Positions 20,526 to 30,758 are shown, numbered from the stretch's first letter. The stretch: 64,000 nt of DNA from Gammaproteobacteria bacterium (GCA_041984885.1 JBHIXH010000001.1:50365-114364), one strand, 5' to 3'. The notes: a model not told the origin generated them from the sequence alone. Program-made: numbers and translations.

Positions 20526-20981
20526 TTAGCTGTTGACTGTAATCCGCTTCGGCTGTTTTTGTTCCAGCTTTGGCAGCGTGATCTCCAGTACGCCGTTTTT
20601 GCCATGAGCTTTAATACGATCCGCATCAGCCGTATCCGGCAGGCTAAAGCGTCGGTAAAACGTACCATGCGCACGTTCAACGCGCGTGTAACCCTTGTTT
20701 TCTTCCTTGTTTTCAACCGAGCGCTCACCTTTCAGTGAGAGCACACCGTTGTCCATTGTAATTTCAATGTCTTTCGGGTCGACTCCAGGCAGGTCAGCAT
20801 GAATGACAAAACGATCTGCCTCTTCACTGATATCGACAGCCGGTCGCCAATGACTGGTTGCGATGTTCGAGTTGTCGTTCTCGCCTCTTTCATTAAACAG
20901 GTTGTCATACAGGCCATTGCCTGAAAGCTCTTTCTGTAAACGGTCAAGTAAGCCCCAGGGCTCATAACGTGTGAGTGTCAT
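20526..20981 (-). CDS. Small heat-shock protein, Hsp20/alpha-crystallin family (IbpA-like)
   Basis: ACD-domain motifs (WRPAVDI...FVIHADLPGV...GVLEITLPK). Confidence 0.9.
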   Translation of the reverse strand: MTLTRYEPWGLLDRLQKELSGNGLYDNLFNERGENDNSNIATSHWRPAVDISEEADRFVIHADLPGVDPKDIEITMDNGVLSLKGERSVENKEENKGYTRVERAHGTFYRRFSLPDTADADRIKAHGKNGVLEITLPKLEQKQPKRITVNS

Positions 20982-21017
20982 AGCGCACCTCCATTAATTA
21001 TCGTTGCGATAGTCCGT

Positions 21018-21045
21018 ATATGGGGTGGGCCAAAACGGTTTCAAG
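21018..21045 (-). promoter_or_regulatory. Sigma-32 (RpoH) heat-shock promoter for the hsp20 gene
   Basis: The minus strand reads CTTGAAA-N13-CCCCATAT, an exact match to the sigma-32 consensus CTTGAAA/CCCCATNT. The -10 ends ~37 nt upstream of the ATG. Confidence 0.6.
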
Positions 21046-21066
21046 ACCAGCGATGAAAAATATTTT

Positions 21067-21711
21067 CTAGATGTAGTACGCCGTTTTTGTCATGACTCTG
21101 GAACAAAACTGCATTGCCTTGCGTACCGGTTCCGGCAGGCTACGTGCACCGGCAGCAACGGCCTTGTCGCCGTGTTCGGCCTCGTCGATCTGCATCTGGT
21201 TGAGTATCGCCGCAGTTTTTCTGTCCTGGCGCGGTAACTGCTCCAGGTGTTGTTGCAGATGATCAACCACCTGGCGTTCGGTTTCTTCAATAAAACCGAG
21301 ACTCCAGTCGTCTCCGGCCAATCCGGCGAGCATGCCGATGGAAAAAGAGCCGGAGTACCAGACCGGGTTGAGAAAGCTGGTGCGACCGCCGAGTTGATCC
21401 AGTCGCTGCCGACACCAGGCCAGGTGATCGACCTCTTCCCGGGCTGACTGCTGCAGTTTGTCTTTCGTCGAGCCATCACGTGCCAGTAATGCCTGGCCCT
21501 GGTACAGCGCCTGCGCCGAAATCTCACCGGCATGATTGACCCGCATCAGGGAGGCGATATGCCAACGATCTTCGGCGGTCAGGTCGGTGTCCATAATGCC
21601 TTCCGCCGGCGATGGACGGCGGCCAACCGGGGCTTGCAGCAGCGGTCGCAGCACCTGTTCGTCAAACGCGATGACGAGTCGATCGATGGGGCTGTGTTTG
21701 ACTCTATGCAT
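21067..21711 (-). CDS. coq7: Demethoxyubiquinone hydroxylase (COQ7 family, di-iron)
   Basis: Ferritin-like di-iron motifs (NHAGEISAQALY...EEVDHL...DEAEHG). Confidence 0.85.
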   Translation of the reverse strand: MHRVKHSPIDRLVIAFDEQVLRPLLQAPVGRRPSPAEGIMDTDLTAEDRWHIASLMRVNHAGEISAQALYQGQALLARDGSTKDKLQQSAREEVDHLAWCRQRLDQLGGRTSFLNPVWYSGSFSIGMLAGLAGDDWSLGFIEETERQVVDHLQQHLEQLPRQDRKTAAILNQMQIDEAEHGDKAVAAGARSLPEPVRKAMQFCSRVMTKTAYYI

Positions 21712-21793
21712 ATCAAAATAATTTTCTTAAAATACAGTTAGTTACAAAATCCGGTTCGGATCCGTGAGGATGAATCAGGACGGCCTCCGGCTA

Positions 21794-21822
21794 TTGACAG
21801 TATCAGGGGCAATCCGTACTAT
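21794..21822 (+). promoter_or_regulatory. Sigma-70-type promoter of the rplM-rpsI operon
   Basis: TTGACA (21794-21799), a 17-nt spacer, then TACTAT (21817-21822). Lies 52 nt upstream of the rplM ATG. Confidence 0.45.
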
Positions 21823-21873
21823 GCCCGCTCTTTTTTTGCAGCATAACAACGAATTACGCAATCCAGCAATCAG

Positions 21874-22302
21874 ATGAATACGTACAGCCCAAAAGCTTCA
21901 GAAGTCACCCACGACTGGCTGTTGGTCGATGCCAGCGGCAAAACGCTTGGTCGACTCGCCAGTGAGGTTGCCAGCCGCCTGCGTGGCAAACACAAACCCA
22001 CGTATACCCCGCATATGGACATGGGCGATTACGTTGTTGTCATCAATGCGAAACAGATTCGCGTAACCGGCAACAAGTTAAAGGACAAACATTATTATAG
22101 CTACAGCGGTTATCCTGGCGGTATGAAGTCGACATCGCTCAGCGATATGCTGGCGACAAAGCCGGAGCAAGCCATCGAAATTGCAGTGAAAGGCATGTTG
22201 CCGAAAAACCCGCTTGGTCGCGCCATGTTTCGCAAGCTGAGAGTGTATGCCGGTGCCGAACACGATCACGCTGCACAACAACCGAAAACGGTGGAAGTCT
22301 AG
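21874..22302 (+). CDS. rplM: 50S ribosomal protein L13
   Basis: Highly conserved L13 sequence (WLLVDA...GRLAS...LRGKHKP). Confidence 0.95.
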   Translation: MNTYSPKASEVTHDWLLVDASGKTLGRLASEVASRLRGKHKPTYTPHMDMGDYVVVINAKQIRVTGNKLKDKHYYSYSGYPGGMKSTSLSDMLATKPEQAIEIAVKGMLPKNPLGRAMFRKLRVYAGAEHDHAAQQPKTVEV

Positions 22303-22305
22303 TCA

Positions 22306-22698
22306 ATGAGCACACAGGTTTATTACGGCACAGGCCGTCGCAAAAGTTCAGCTGCCAGGGTCTATCTGAAAAAAGGCTCCGGTAATATCACGATTAATGA
22401 TCGCACACTCGAACAGTACTTTGGCCGCGAAACCGGTCGCATGATCGTTCACCAGGCATTACAGGCCACTGACATGTCTGACCAGTTCGACATCAATGTT
22501 GTTGTCAAAGGTGGTGGCATCTCCGGGCAGGCCGGTGCGATTCGTCACGGCATCACCCGTGCCCTGATGCAATACGACGAGGCACTGCGTAAACCCTTAC
22601 GCCAGGCCGGGTTCGTTACCCGTGATGCCCGCCAGGTGGAACGCAAGAAAGTCGGTCTGCATAAAGCCCGCAAGCGGCCGCAGTTCTCGAAACGATAA
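22306..22698 (+). CDS. rpsI: 30S ribosomal protein S9
   Basis: Conserved S9 sequence ending ...[11 protein letters not shown]. Confidence 0.95.
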   Translation: MSTQVYYGTGRRKSSAARVYLKKGSGNITINDRTLEQYFGRETGRMIVHQALQATDMSDQFDINVVVKGGGISGQAGAIRHGITRALMQYDEALRKPLRQAGFVTRDARQVERKKVGLHKARKRPQFSKR

Positions 22699-22721
22699 GT
22701 CAAAAATTCTTACTCAAAAAA

Positions 22722-22747
22722 AGAGGGGTATCCCCTCTTTTTTTTTG
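22722..22747 (+). terminator. Rho-independent terminator of the rplM-rpsI operon
   Basis: AGAGGGG-TAT-CCCCTCT hairpin followed by T9. Confidence 0.7.
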
Positions 22748-22792
22748 TCAAAATTTGAAACCGTTGTCACTGTGGTATAAGTTTTGGTTCGT

Positions 22793-22866
22793 TGGGGGTT
22801 CGTCTAATGGTAGGACTACGGACTCTGACTCCGTCAGTAGAGGTTCGAATCCTCTACCCCCAGCCA
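22793..22866 (+). tRNA. tRNA-Gln (anticodon CUG)
   Basis: Cloverleaf. Acceptor TGGGGGT/ACCCCCA with U1-A72 (a Gln hallmark). Anticodon stem ACGGA/TCCGT with loop CTCTGAC. T-arm AGAGG-TTCGAAT-CCTCT. Discriminator G plus an encoded CCA. Confidence 0.8.
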
Positions 22867-22910
22867 ATTAAATCAAATACTTATAAATACTTATAATTCT
22901 ATAATTCTTA

Positions 22911-22929
22911 TGTAAGCGTAATGTAAGCA
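22911..22929 (+). repeat. Tandem TGTAAGC(G/A) motifs near the island left end (candidate integrase arm-type sites)
   Basis: TGTAAGCGTAATGTAAGCAC. The same heptamer pair recurs at 41144-41161 next to the integrase gene. Confidence 0.4.
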
Positions 22930-22943
22930 CTTTATGTATTTAT

Positions 22944-25900
22944 TTATTCTCTCTTCCACAATAGGTAAATCGATGGGATTACAATCAACGTTAAGATCGT
23001 GGCAGTCACCATGCCCCCAACCATAGGCGCAGCTATTCGTACCATAACTTCAGATCCAGTACCGGTTCCAATCATAATTGGCAAAAGCCCACCAATGATG
23101 GCAGCGACAGTCATAATCTTTGGTCGCACGCGCAATAATGCACCTTCAATAACAGCTTCTTTCAACTCTTTGTAATTTAAGTTTCGGTTTTCTGCATCAG
23201 CACGTTGCTTATATTTCTTATATGCATTATCAAGAAAAACTAGCATCACAATACCGGTCTCTGCTGCGACACCTGCTAAAGCAATAAATCCAACAATTAC
23301 CGCTACCGACAAGTTGTACCCCAGTATGTATAACAACCAGATTCCTCCAACCAATGCAAATGGCAATGACGCCAGAATTATCATCACTTCTGTGAAGTTT
23401 CGAAAATGGATAAATAATAGTAAAACAATGATCGCCAAAGTCATCGGTACGATAACGCTCAATCGTTCTTTGGCTCGTTCTAAATATTCATACTGCCCAG
23501 ACCATGCAATCGAATAACCTGGAGGTAATGTTATTTGCTCGGATATCTTTTGTTTCGCATCTTCAACATAACTACCCAAATCTCGACCTATAGTATCCAC
23601 AAATATCCAACCATTTAATCGAGCGTTTTCGCTCTTTATCATTTCTGGTCCGTCTTCTATCCGTATCTCTGCTAACTGGCTAAGTGGTACACGTGCACCT
23701 GCGGGTGTAATAACGGGTAACATCTTCAGGTTTTCTACAGAGTCTCTAATATGACGCGGGTAACGTAGGTTGACGGGATAACGCTCCAGACCTTCAACAG
23801 TCCAAGTCACATTCTTACCACCTACAGCAGTATTTACGACTTCTTGAACGTCGTTAATATTTAAACCCAAACGGGATGATTCCAAACGGTTAATGTCTAC
23901 AGTGATGTAACGTCCACCTGCAACTCGTTCTGCATAGGCAGAAGCAGTTCCCGGAATTTTATTCACTACCTGCTCAATCTCACGACCGATATCCTGAATT
24001 ACTTTTAAATCAGGACCGGCAATTTTAATTCCTACAGGCGTTTTAATACCCGTTGCCAACATATCAATTCGAGTTTTGATCGGCATTACCCACGCATTGG
24101 CCAAACCAGGAAAGAAAACGCGTTGTTGTAATTCATGCCGTAGTTTTTCTGGTGTCATACCTTCTCGCCATTCACTTCGGTCCTTCAACTTGACTATTGT
24201 TTCAACCATTGAAAGCGGCGCAGGATCAGTAGCCGTATCAGCTCGACCAATTTTGCCAAAAACATGTTCAACCTCTGGCACACTGCGAATTAACTTGTCT
24301 GTCTGTTGCAATATTTGTTGTGCTTTACCAATTGATAAAGCAGGTAATGTCGTCGGCATATACATTAAATCTCCCTCATCCAATTCAGGCATAAACTCAC
24401 TACCTAGATGTTGTGCAGGCCACATTCCAACAATAGTAATGACAATCGCTAATAATATGATTGTCCGTGGAAATGCCAGTGCTAATTTAATGAATGGTTT
24501 ATAAAGAATAATTAATAACCGATTAATCGGGTTTTTATTTTCATTCATTACATGGCCACGTATGAATATCCCCATTAGTACAGGAACCAGTGTAACGGCT
24601 AAGCCTGCTGATGCTGCCATGGCATAGGTTTTAGTAAAAGCCATTGGTTTAAATAATCTTCCTTCCTGTGCTTCCAATGCAAAGATAGGCAAGAAACTAA
24701 CCGTAATGATTAACAAAGAGAAAAATAATGCAGGCCCTACTTCCCTGGCTGACTCCATGACAATGGCCCAACGATCACTTATCTTATCTCCCGCTTGTTC
24801 AATATGTTTATGAAAATTTTCGATCATGACGATGGCAGCATCCACCATGGCACCAATAGCAATAGCAATTCCGCCTAACGACATGATGTTTGCGTTAATG
24901 CCTTGTGCATACATCACAGTAAAAGCAGCAAGAATGCCCAACGGTAAACTGATTATGACAACAAGTGCAGATCGTAGATGAAACAGGAAAAGAGCACAGA
25001 TCAATGCAACAATGATAAATTCTTCAATTAGACGATGCGTTAACGTTGATATCGATCGATCAATAAGGGATGAGCGATCATAGGTCTCTACAATTTCAAC
25101 ACCTTCAGGCAAACTCGGTTTCAATTCTTCTAATCGTTGTTTTACTCTTTCGATCGTTTTTTTTGCATTCTCACCAAAACGCATTACCACGATTGCACCA
25201 ACAACTTCACCTTCACCATTCAGTTCAGCGATACCACGCCGTTGATCAGGACCAATCTGGATATTGGCAACATCCTTGAGTAAAACGGGTGTGCCCGTTG
25301 TATTCACACCAAGTGGAATCGCCTTTAATTGTTCGATACCCTTAACATAACCGGTCGATCTAACGACGTATTCCGCTTCTGCTAATTCGATTACGGAACC
25401 ACTATCTTCCTGATTACCGCCTTGAATTGCTTCTCTAACTTTACTTAGAGTCAAGCCATAAGCACGAAGTCGATCAGGATCAATCACCACCTGATATTGT
25501 TTGATATACCCACCTACCGTAGCGACTTCTGAAACACCTTCTACGGCTTGTAACTCAAATTTTAAAAACCAATCCTGTAGGGAGCGAAGTTCAGACAAAT
25601 CGTGTTTGTTACTTCGATCAACCAATGCGTATTTGTATACCCAACCTACCCCGGTCGCATCCGGACCCAGTGCCGACCTTGCACCTTCCGGTAACAACGG
25701 TGTTACTTGGTTTAGGTATTCAAGTACACGTGAACGCGCCCAATACAGATCGGTTCCATCTTCAAAGATAATATAGACATAAGAATCACCAAAGTTTGAG
25801 AAACCACGAACAGTTTGTGCGCCAGGCACTGATAACATGGCTGTGGTTAATGGGTACGTTACCTGATCTTCTATTACTTGCGGTGCTTGTCCTGGCCATA

Positions 25901-26054
25901 CTGTTTTAATAATAACCTGCACATCAGATAGATCGGGGATAGCATCAACTGGGGTTTCTCTTACAGTGTACGTACCGCCCACAGCTAACATGATACTGAC
26001 CAGTAAAACCAGAAACCGATTATCAAGAGACCATTGAATCAAACGTTCTATCAT
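22944..26054 (-). CDS. cusA: Heavy-metal efflux RND permease, CusA/CzcA (HME) family
   Basis: 1036 aa with 12-TM RND architecture and a conserved HME-RND N-terminus (MIERLIQWSLDNRF...). Operonic with the CusB-like adaptor and an OMF. Confidence 0.8.
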   Translation of the reverse strand: MIERLIQWSLDNRFLVLLVSIMLAVGGTYTVRETPVDAIPDLSDVQVIIKTVWPGQAPQVIEDQVTYPLTTAMLSVPGAQTVRGFSNFGDSYVYIIFEDGTDLYWARSRVLEYLNQVTPLLPEGARSALGPDATGVGWVYKYALVDRSNKHDLSELRSLQDWFLKFELQAVEGVSEVATVGGYIKQYQVVIDPDRLRAYGLTLSKVREAIQGGNQEDSGSVIELAEAEYVVRSTGYVKGIEQLKAIPLGVNTTGTPVLLKDVANIQIGPDQRRGIAELNGEGEVVGAIVVMRFGENAKKTIERVKQRLEELKPSLPEGVEIVETYDRSSLIDRSISTLTHRLIEEFIIVALICALFLFHLRSALVVIISLPLGILAAFTVMYAQGINANIMSLGGIAIAIGAMVDAAIVMIENFHKHIEQAGDKISDRWAIVMESAREVGPALFFSLLIITVSFLPIFALEAQEGRLFKPMAFTKTYAMAASAGLAVTLVPVLMGIFIRGHVMNENKNPINRLLIILYKPFIKLALAFPRTIILLAIVITIVGMWPAQHLGSEFMPELDEGDLMYMPTTLPALSIGKAQQILQQTDKLIRSVPEVEHVFGKIGRADTATDPAPLSMVETIVKLKDRSEWREGMTPEKLRHELQQRVFFPGLANAWVMPIKTRIDMLATGIKTPVGIKIAGPDLKVIQDIGREIEQVVNKIPGTASAYAERVAGGRYITVDINRLESSRLGLNINDVQEVVNTAVGGKNVTWTVEGLERYPVNLRYPRHIRDSVENLKMLPVITPAGARVPLSQLAEIRIEDGPEMIKSENARLNGWIFVDTIGRDLGSYVEDAKQKISEQITLPPGYSIAWSGQYEYLERAKERLSVIVPMTLAIIVLLLFIHFRNFTEVMIILASLPFALVGGIWLLYILGYNLSVAVIVGFIALAGVAAETGIVMLVFLDNAYKKYKQRADAENRNLNYKELKEAVIEGALLRVRPKIMTVAAIIGGLLPIMIGTGTGSEVMVRIAAPMVGGMVTATILTLIVIPSIYLLWKRE

Positions 26055-27424
26055 GGTGTCATCTCCATAGCAGACCCTGAATTTTCTTCAGTGGTTTGCA
26101 TACGCTGGAAGCTGGCTTTCAGACTGGCCTCTGAATCGATAAGAAATTGCGCTGAGACAACAACTTCATCTTCATCATTCAGTCCTTCAACAATTTCGAT
26201 CCAGCCTTCACTTTCAATACCGGTTTTTATTGTTCGTTGCGAAAACTTTCCCTGTCCTTGTGCCAGAATAACTCGTTCATTATTACCATCACGTATCACT
26301 GCTTCACGCGGGACAACGAGTGCATTTTCTTGAGGACTGGAATAAATTTGTACATGAGCAAACATATTCGGCTTCAATACTTCATCCGGGTTATCAAACT
26401 TAAGCCTTACTTTTAATGTTCGTGTGACAGGATCAAGTACGGGATAAATGTAATCTACAGTACCTGACCAGTTACGATTTGGTGATGATGGAACAGTTGC
26501 AGATGCTTCCTGCCCTTCACGAATCCAACCAGTTTGTTGTTCAAACACTTCGGCTAATAACCAAACGTTACTCAAATCAACAATGGATACTGTTTCCGTG
26601 GCAGGTTCAACATACATTCCTTCTCGAATCAATAGATCAGTAACAATCCCTGCATGGTGTGCATATATGTTTATTGTTCGTTTAACTTCTCGAGATTTTG
26701 TTAAAGCGTTAATCTGTGAGGAAGAAATACCTAACGATTTTAATTTTTGTTTAGATGCATTAATTAAACGATTATTTTTACGTTCCAATGCCTTGATATA
26801 TTCTTCTTGTGCATTGACTAATGTTGGCGAATATAGTGAAAATAAAAGTTGTCCTTTTTTAACACGATCACCTATAGTATCTACCGTAAGGTTTTCAACC
26901 CATCCCTCAGTTCTTAAGTGGACATGACCGATTAACGATTCATTGGGTGTGATATACCCCACCGTATCAATACGACGGGCCAAATTTCTTCGTTCAACTT
27001 TACTGATCTTTACACCAAGGTTATTAATTACTTCCGGTGCAATCGTAACGTTTGAAGATCCTTCTGCTTCATTCTCATAAACCGGAATAAAATCCATACC
27101 CATACTGTCTTTTTGAGGCGTATCGGAAGTAATTTCCGGGTTCATCGGGTGACGATAAAAAAGAACCCTGGAATTTGATTGTGTTGTTTTTGCCGTCGCT
27201 AATGGAACGAGATCCATTGTACATATTGGGCATCGCCCGGGTTTATCACTCGTAACTTGGGGATGCATAGGACAATAATATGTCGCATCTAGATGTTTAA
27301 CCGCATGTTCCATCGCCGTTTCCGGTTCTTGGGGCATATAATCCTTGAACCAACTAAAAGAAATACCTGCAATAATTCCAATAGCAATAACTAAAGTTAA
27401 ACCTGTCATGATAATTTTATTCAT
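26051..27424 (-). CDS. cusB: RND efflux periplasmic adaptor with N-terminal heavy-metal-binding domain (CusB-like)
   Basis: The YYCPMHP...PGRCPICTM motif is typical of Cu/Ag adaptor N-terminal metal-binding domains. A membrane-fusion-protein fold follows. Confidence 0.75.
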   Translation of the reverse strand: MNKIIMTGLTLVIAIGIIAGISFSWFKDYMPQEPETAMEHAVKHLDATYYCPMHPQVTSDKPGRCPICTMDLVPLATAKTTQSNSRVLFYRHPMNPEITSDTPQKDSMGMDFIPVYENEAEGSSNVTIAPEVINNLGVKISKVERRNLARRIDTVGYITPNESLIGHVHLRTEGWVENLTVDTIGDRVKKGQLLFSLYSPTLVNAQEEYIKALERKNNRLINASKQKLKSLGISSSQINALTKSREVKRTINIYAHHAGIVTDLLIREGMYVEPATETVSIVDLSNVWLLAEVFEQQTGWIREGQEASATVPSSPNRNWSGTVDYIYPVLDPVTRTLKVRLKFDNPDEVLKPNMFAHVQIYSSPQENALVVPREAVIRDGNNERVILAQGQGKFSQRTIKTGIESEGWIEIVEGLNDEDEVVVSAQFLIDSEASLKASFQRMQTTEENSGSAMEMTP

Positions 27425-28683
27425 AAGGTTTCTCCTGACAGGTATAACAAGTTAATGTGGCTTTTGAAGTATTTTAATTCTATGTCTAGCATTTCTAACT
27501 GCGTATTCAATGCCAACACCCTAGATCGAACTAAGGTCTCAAAGTCGGTCAGATCATTTTGATAGGCACTAAACGTTGCATCCTGAGTTTGTTCAGCTTC
27601 AATCGTTGCCCGTTTTTCATAGAGATCCAGCCTGCGTTTTAATCTATCTAAATTTGCATACTCAACATCGATCTGACGGGTCAATTCACGTAATCGATCA
27701 GAACGATTAAAACGAATAGCTATTTCTTCTTTTTTACTAGCAATCAATACCTTGTCTTGACGTTTGTCAGTAAAAATAGGTAAAGACACTTTAAATAATA
27801 TTCCGGCAAAGTCCGGCCCGGTTTGTAAGTCAAACTGGCTCGCTGTATTTTCAGTTACCATGAAGTCAATCATCCATTTTGGTTTATATTGTTCTTCTGC
27901 AATTGCGACTGACTTTTGTGCTGCTTCAACATTGGCATTCTCAATCGCAAGCAATGGATGAAACCGGGCATTTTCTATACTCACTTCCTGTGTTGGCAAA
28001 ACAGACAACTGAGGCAGTTGAGTCTGCATAGGTCTTGATGCATTTTCCGGTTGTATCCATTCTGACAACTCTGCTTGTGCTACATCAATTAAACCTTTTG
28101 TTTCTTCGATTTTGTCCTCGATAAAAGATAATTCAAGCTGTGCCCTTAATACATCATGTTGATTATCTCTCCCTTCTGCATACTGGCTTTCTGTGATGTC
28201 CGCCATTTCAGTAAACAATTCACGATTTAATTCAAGTAAGCGATTTTTTTCTTTCTGAAAATACATTTCAATGTAAGAAGTACGCACATTATTTAATACC
28301 AGCAAGCGTTGGTTCAACATGCGCGCATACTCAACATCCGCCATGGAATTGGTTCGTTCTGATCGGTACTTTAGTGTATCTCCTGGAGGAATTGCCTGAC
28401 TTAAACCTAACCGGACTTCGGTATCTTCATGTTCGTTCAGGTTAAAATTATTCAGCGGTACTTCGGCCAATCCAAAGCTTAACTCCGGATCAGGTAGTTG
28501 ACCATCAGCTATAGCACGTTCTTTTAAACTTTCTGAACGAGCATTATATTTTTTAATTATAAAGTCCTGATCCAAAGCAATTAGCTCTGCTTCGCCCAAG
28601 TCTAGTTCATTGGCAATGGTTTCTACCGATAAACCAATGAGAAAAAATATACATATATATTTTATAAAACTGTATTTACACAT
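27421..28683 (-). CDS. cusC: Outer-membrane efflux protein (TolC/CusC family)
   Basis: Signal peptide and two OEP-like repeats. Overlaps the cusB start by 4 nt. Confidence 0.75.
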   Translation of the reverse strand: MCKYSFIKYICIFFLIGLSVETIANELDLGEAELIALDQDFIIKKYNARSESLKERAIADGQLPDPELSFGLAEVPLNNFNLNEHEDTEVRLGLSQAIPPGDTLKYRSERTNSMADVEYARMLNQRLLVLNNVRTSYIEMYFQKEKNRLLELNRELFTEMADITESQYAEGRDNQHDVLRAQLELSFIEDKIEETKGLIDVAQAELSEWIQPENASRPMQTQLPQLSVLPTQEVSIENARFHPLLAIENANVEAAQKSVAIAEEQYKPKWMIDFMVTENTASQFDLQTGPDFAGILFKVSLPIFTDKRQDKVLIASKKEEIAIRFNRSDRLRELTRQIDVEYANLDRLKRRLDLYEKRATIEAEQTQDATFSAYQNDLTDFETLVRSRVLALNTQLEMLDIELKYFKSHINLLYLSGETL

Positions 28684-28756
28684 GACACACCTCTAAAGCA
28701 AAAAAAGTACGACGCTCGTTCTTGCGAACAAACAACGAAAGCAATAGACAGTGTGT

Positions 28757-29167
28757 TTAAATCAGTAGTACGTTAAAAGATTTTAGAGGGAGGAGGATTG
28801 CCCTTTCAGGCGGTGGAGATATTCGCTCACTTGGAGGTGCTCTATTAGAAAGATTTATTTTCTGTTCAAAAGAAACATAGACATCTAGGAAATGTTTTTT
28901 CTTTTCGTTTTCCCCATGATTCGAGTCGCTGTTAATAACAACATTAAGCTCATCACAGTCACATGGGGCAAAACATTCTTTATCATTTGTATCTACAGAT
29001 GTTGAGTCATGACAAGGCATTGCCATTTCTTCCATCTGTTGTTCGGCCATTTGATTATAATTAGATGCAAAACAAGTCTGACACAATAGTAATAACCAGC
29101 TGCCGACAAATATCGATAACATCATTGTTGCCAATTTGTTCTGTATATTTTTTAATTGCATCAACAT
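28757..29167 (-). CDS. Hypothetical secreted Cys/Met/His-rich protein
   Basis: Hydrophobic N-terminus. Cys-containing segments (MPCHD...ECFAPCDCDE) suggest periplasmic metal binding. No family assigned. Confidence 0.4.
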   Translation of the reverse strand: MLMQLKNIQNKLATMMLSIFVGSWLLLLCQTCFASNYNQMAEQQMEEMAMPCHDSTSVDTNDKECFAPCDCDELNVVINSDSNHGENEKKKHFLDVYVSFEQKINLSNRAPPSERISPPPERAILLPLKSFNVLLI

Positions 29168-29252
29168 AACACTTATTATATTGCACTAATCTCGGTTTTC
29201 CCTATTAAATTAATAGATAATTTATAGAAAATAATAACAATACAAAGTTCCT

Positions 29253-29516
29253 CTATAAATGAACGCCTATTCCAGCTGCTTTCAAAGCATCCGAATTAAC
29301 ACCTTTGCCCTGACAACAATCCGCAAGAACACCATTAATAGCCACCGCAGGCACTGATTTTATCCCTAACTCATTAATACGAGACTGAACATCCGCATCA
29401 TGGGTGTCATGAATAATAATCTCACAGGAGGGACAGGCTAGTTCATTAACCAAGTTAATCGTGTCCTGGCACACCGGACAACCTGCACTGAATATTTCAA
29501 CCTTACGTTTAGTCAT
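29253..29516 (-). CDS. Thioredoxin-fold protein (glutaredoxin-like, CPVC active site)
   Basis: 87 aa with a CPVC motif near the N-terminus and a second CxxC (CPSC). Resembles small thioredoxin-family proteins. Confidence 0.55.
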   Translation of the reverse strand: MTKRKVEIFSAGCPVCQDTINLVNELACPSCEIIIHDTHDADVQSRINELGIKSVPAVAINGVLADCCQGKGVNSDALKAAGIGVHL

Positions 29517-29527
29517 TTTACATCTCC

Positions 29528-30283
29528 TTAGGTAATCGATTTCGTTTCGTTTTCACAGGCAGCACAAGAACCACGATTACCTATTGATTTGATTCTTGAC
29601 TGCCATATAATGGATACCACTAAACCAATAATGCCTGTGTAAATTAGGATATTCATTTCAAACAAAGTTTTTCCAAGTAGAATAAAAACAGATGATATGA
29701 TGCCAAGATAAACTGGTCTATATTGTTTGTTTACCCTTGCCCCCATGATTAAACCTGTAATGGTTAATATTAAAAACAAGGTTAACAACGGTATTAGATA
29801 GGGCGTGTAATTAATAAAATTAATGCCTATAGACCCCAATAATCCAGTGTAAAGTGGCCAACATAACGGACATACTACCTTAGGCATTAAGGCAATTAAC
29901 ATGGCTGGGATTGCCGTTATTTTTAAACTTGAACCGGAGCTTTGAATAACATCTTTATCTTCCGTTGTCGTTTTTTGAATTGCACTGATTATTTTCTCTA
30001 AAGGTGGAACACCACTAAATACATTATCAGTCTGTGTATATAATCGACATTGGTTAGCATTGTTTGAATTTTTCGACTGATCAACATCGAGTCCGTCAAC
30101 CAGAATTGTTGGTGAACCATATTGACGCACATAGTCTGGAGAAGATGAGTCGTTCACCTCCCATTCCTGCCAATGAGGTCTAACATTAATTTTTGAAAAT
30201 GCTTGCAAAAGTACCTGACGCGTTGGCTTAATATTTGGACAGCCTTTCTCGTAAACAAACTCAACCAATGGCACTTTATGCAC
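29528..30283 (-). CDS. Membrane protein with N-terminal thioredoxin-like region and C-terminal TM helices containing CxxC
   Basis: An N-terminal soluble part (KGCPNIKP) is followed by 3-4 hydrophobic helices (VVCPLCWPLYTG). Overlaps the MerR gene start by 8 nt. Confidence 0.45.
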   Translation of the reverse strand: MHKVPLVEFVYEKGCPNIKPTRQVLLQAFSKINVRPHWQEWEVNDSSSPDYVRQYGSPTILVDGLDVDQSKNSNNANQCRLYTQTDNVFSGVPPLEKIISAIQKTTTEDKDVIQSSGSSLKITAIPAMLIALMPKVVCPLCWPLYTGLLGSIGINFINYTPYLIPLLTLFLILTITGLIMGARVNKQYRPVYLGIISSVFILLGKTLFEMNILIYTGIIGLVVSIIWQSRIKSIGNRGSCAACENETKSIT

Positions 30284-30677
30284 TCCTCTTCCCTAATGAA
30301 TCAAGGATCGGACAATCGCTGATTGGTGCCTTGCCTGGACAAGCTTCAACTAATTTTTTAAGGCTTTTCTCCATACGCCGCAACATTTTAATCTTACTTT
30401 GAATATCACTTAATTTATCTTCAGCTAAATGTTTAACATCGTTACATACGGTGTTTTCATCAGATTTAATAGAGAGTAATTCACATATCTCTTTTAGAGA
30501 GAAACCAAGCTCCTTGGCCTGTTGTATAAAAAAGAGTCTTTCTATTGCATCACCGTTATATTGTCGATAACCGCTATCCTTTCGTTCAGGCTTTTCTAAT
30601 AAACCTTCCTTTTCGTAATAACGTATCGTTTCAACACTAACACCGGATTGTTTGGCAATCTGTCCTATGGAATACAT
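30276..30677 (-). CDS. cueR: MerR-family metal-responsive regulator, CueR-like (Cu(I)/Ag(I) sensing)
   Basis: N-terminal MerR HTH (YSIGQIAKQSGVSVETIRYYEKEGLL). The C-terminal metal loop CPGKAPISDCP matches the CueR C112-x7-C120 pattern (CPGDDSADCP). Confidence 0.75.
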   Translation of the reverse strand: MYSIGQIAKQSGVSVETIRYYEKEGLLEKPERKDSGYRQYNGDAIERLFFIQQAKELGFSLKEICELLSIKSDENTVCNDVKHLAEDKLSDIQSKIKMLRRMEKSLKKLVEACPGKAPISDCPILDSLGKRSA

Positions 30678-30711
30678 GGAAATAGCGCCTCTGCTAATAA
30701 TAATATGTTAA

Positions 30712-30743
30712 TTATAAACCCTGAAGTATACTATAGAGTCAAT
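30712..30743 (-). promoter_or_regulatory. MerR-type promoter (long spacer) upstream of cueR-like gene
   Basis: The minus strand reads TTGACT-N19-TTATAAT (-35 at 30738-30743; -10 at 30712-30718). An imperfect dyad (CTATAGTATACTTCAG) sits in the spacer. The 19-20 bp spacer is the hallmark of MerR-regulated promoters. Confidence 0.5.
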
Positions 30744-30758
30744 AGTTTTATACGTTAG

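Noticed and set aside
20379-20738. 119-aa + strand ORF
   Set aside because: Overlaps the hsp20 terminator hairpin and the antisense of hsp20. It has no RBS and an implausible composition.
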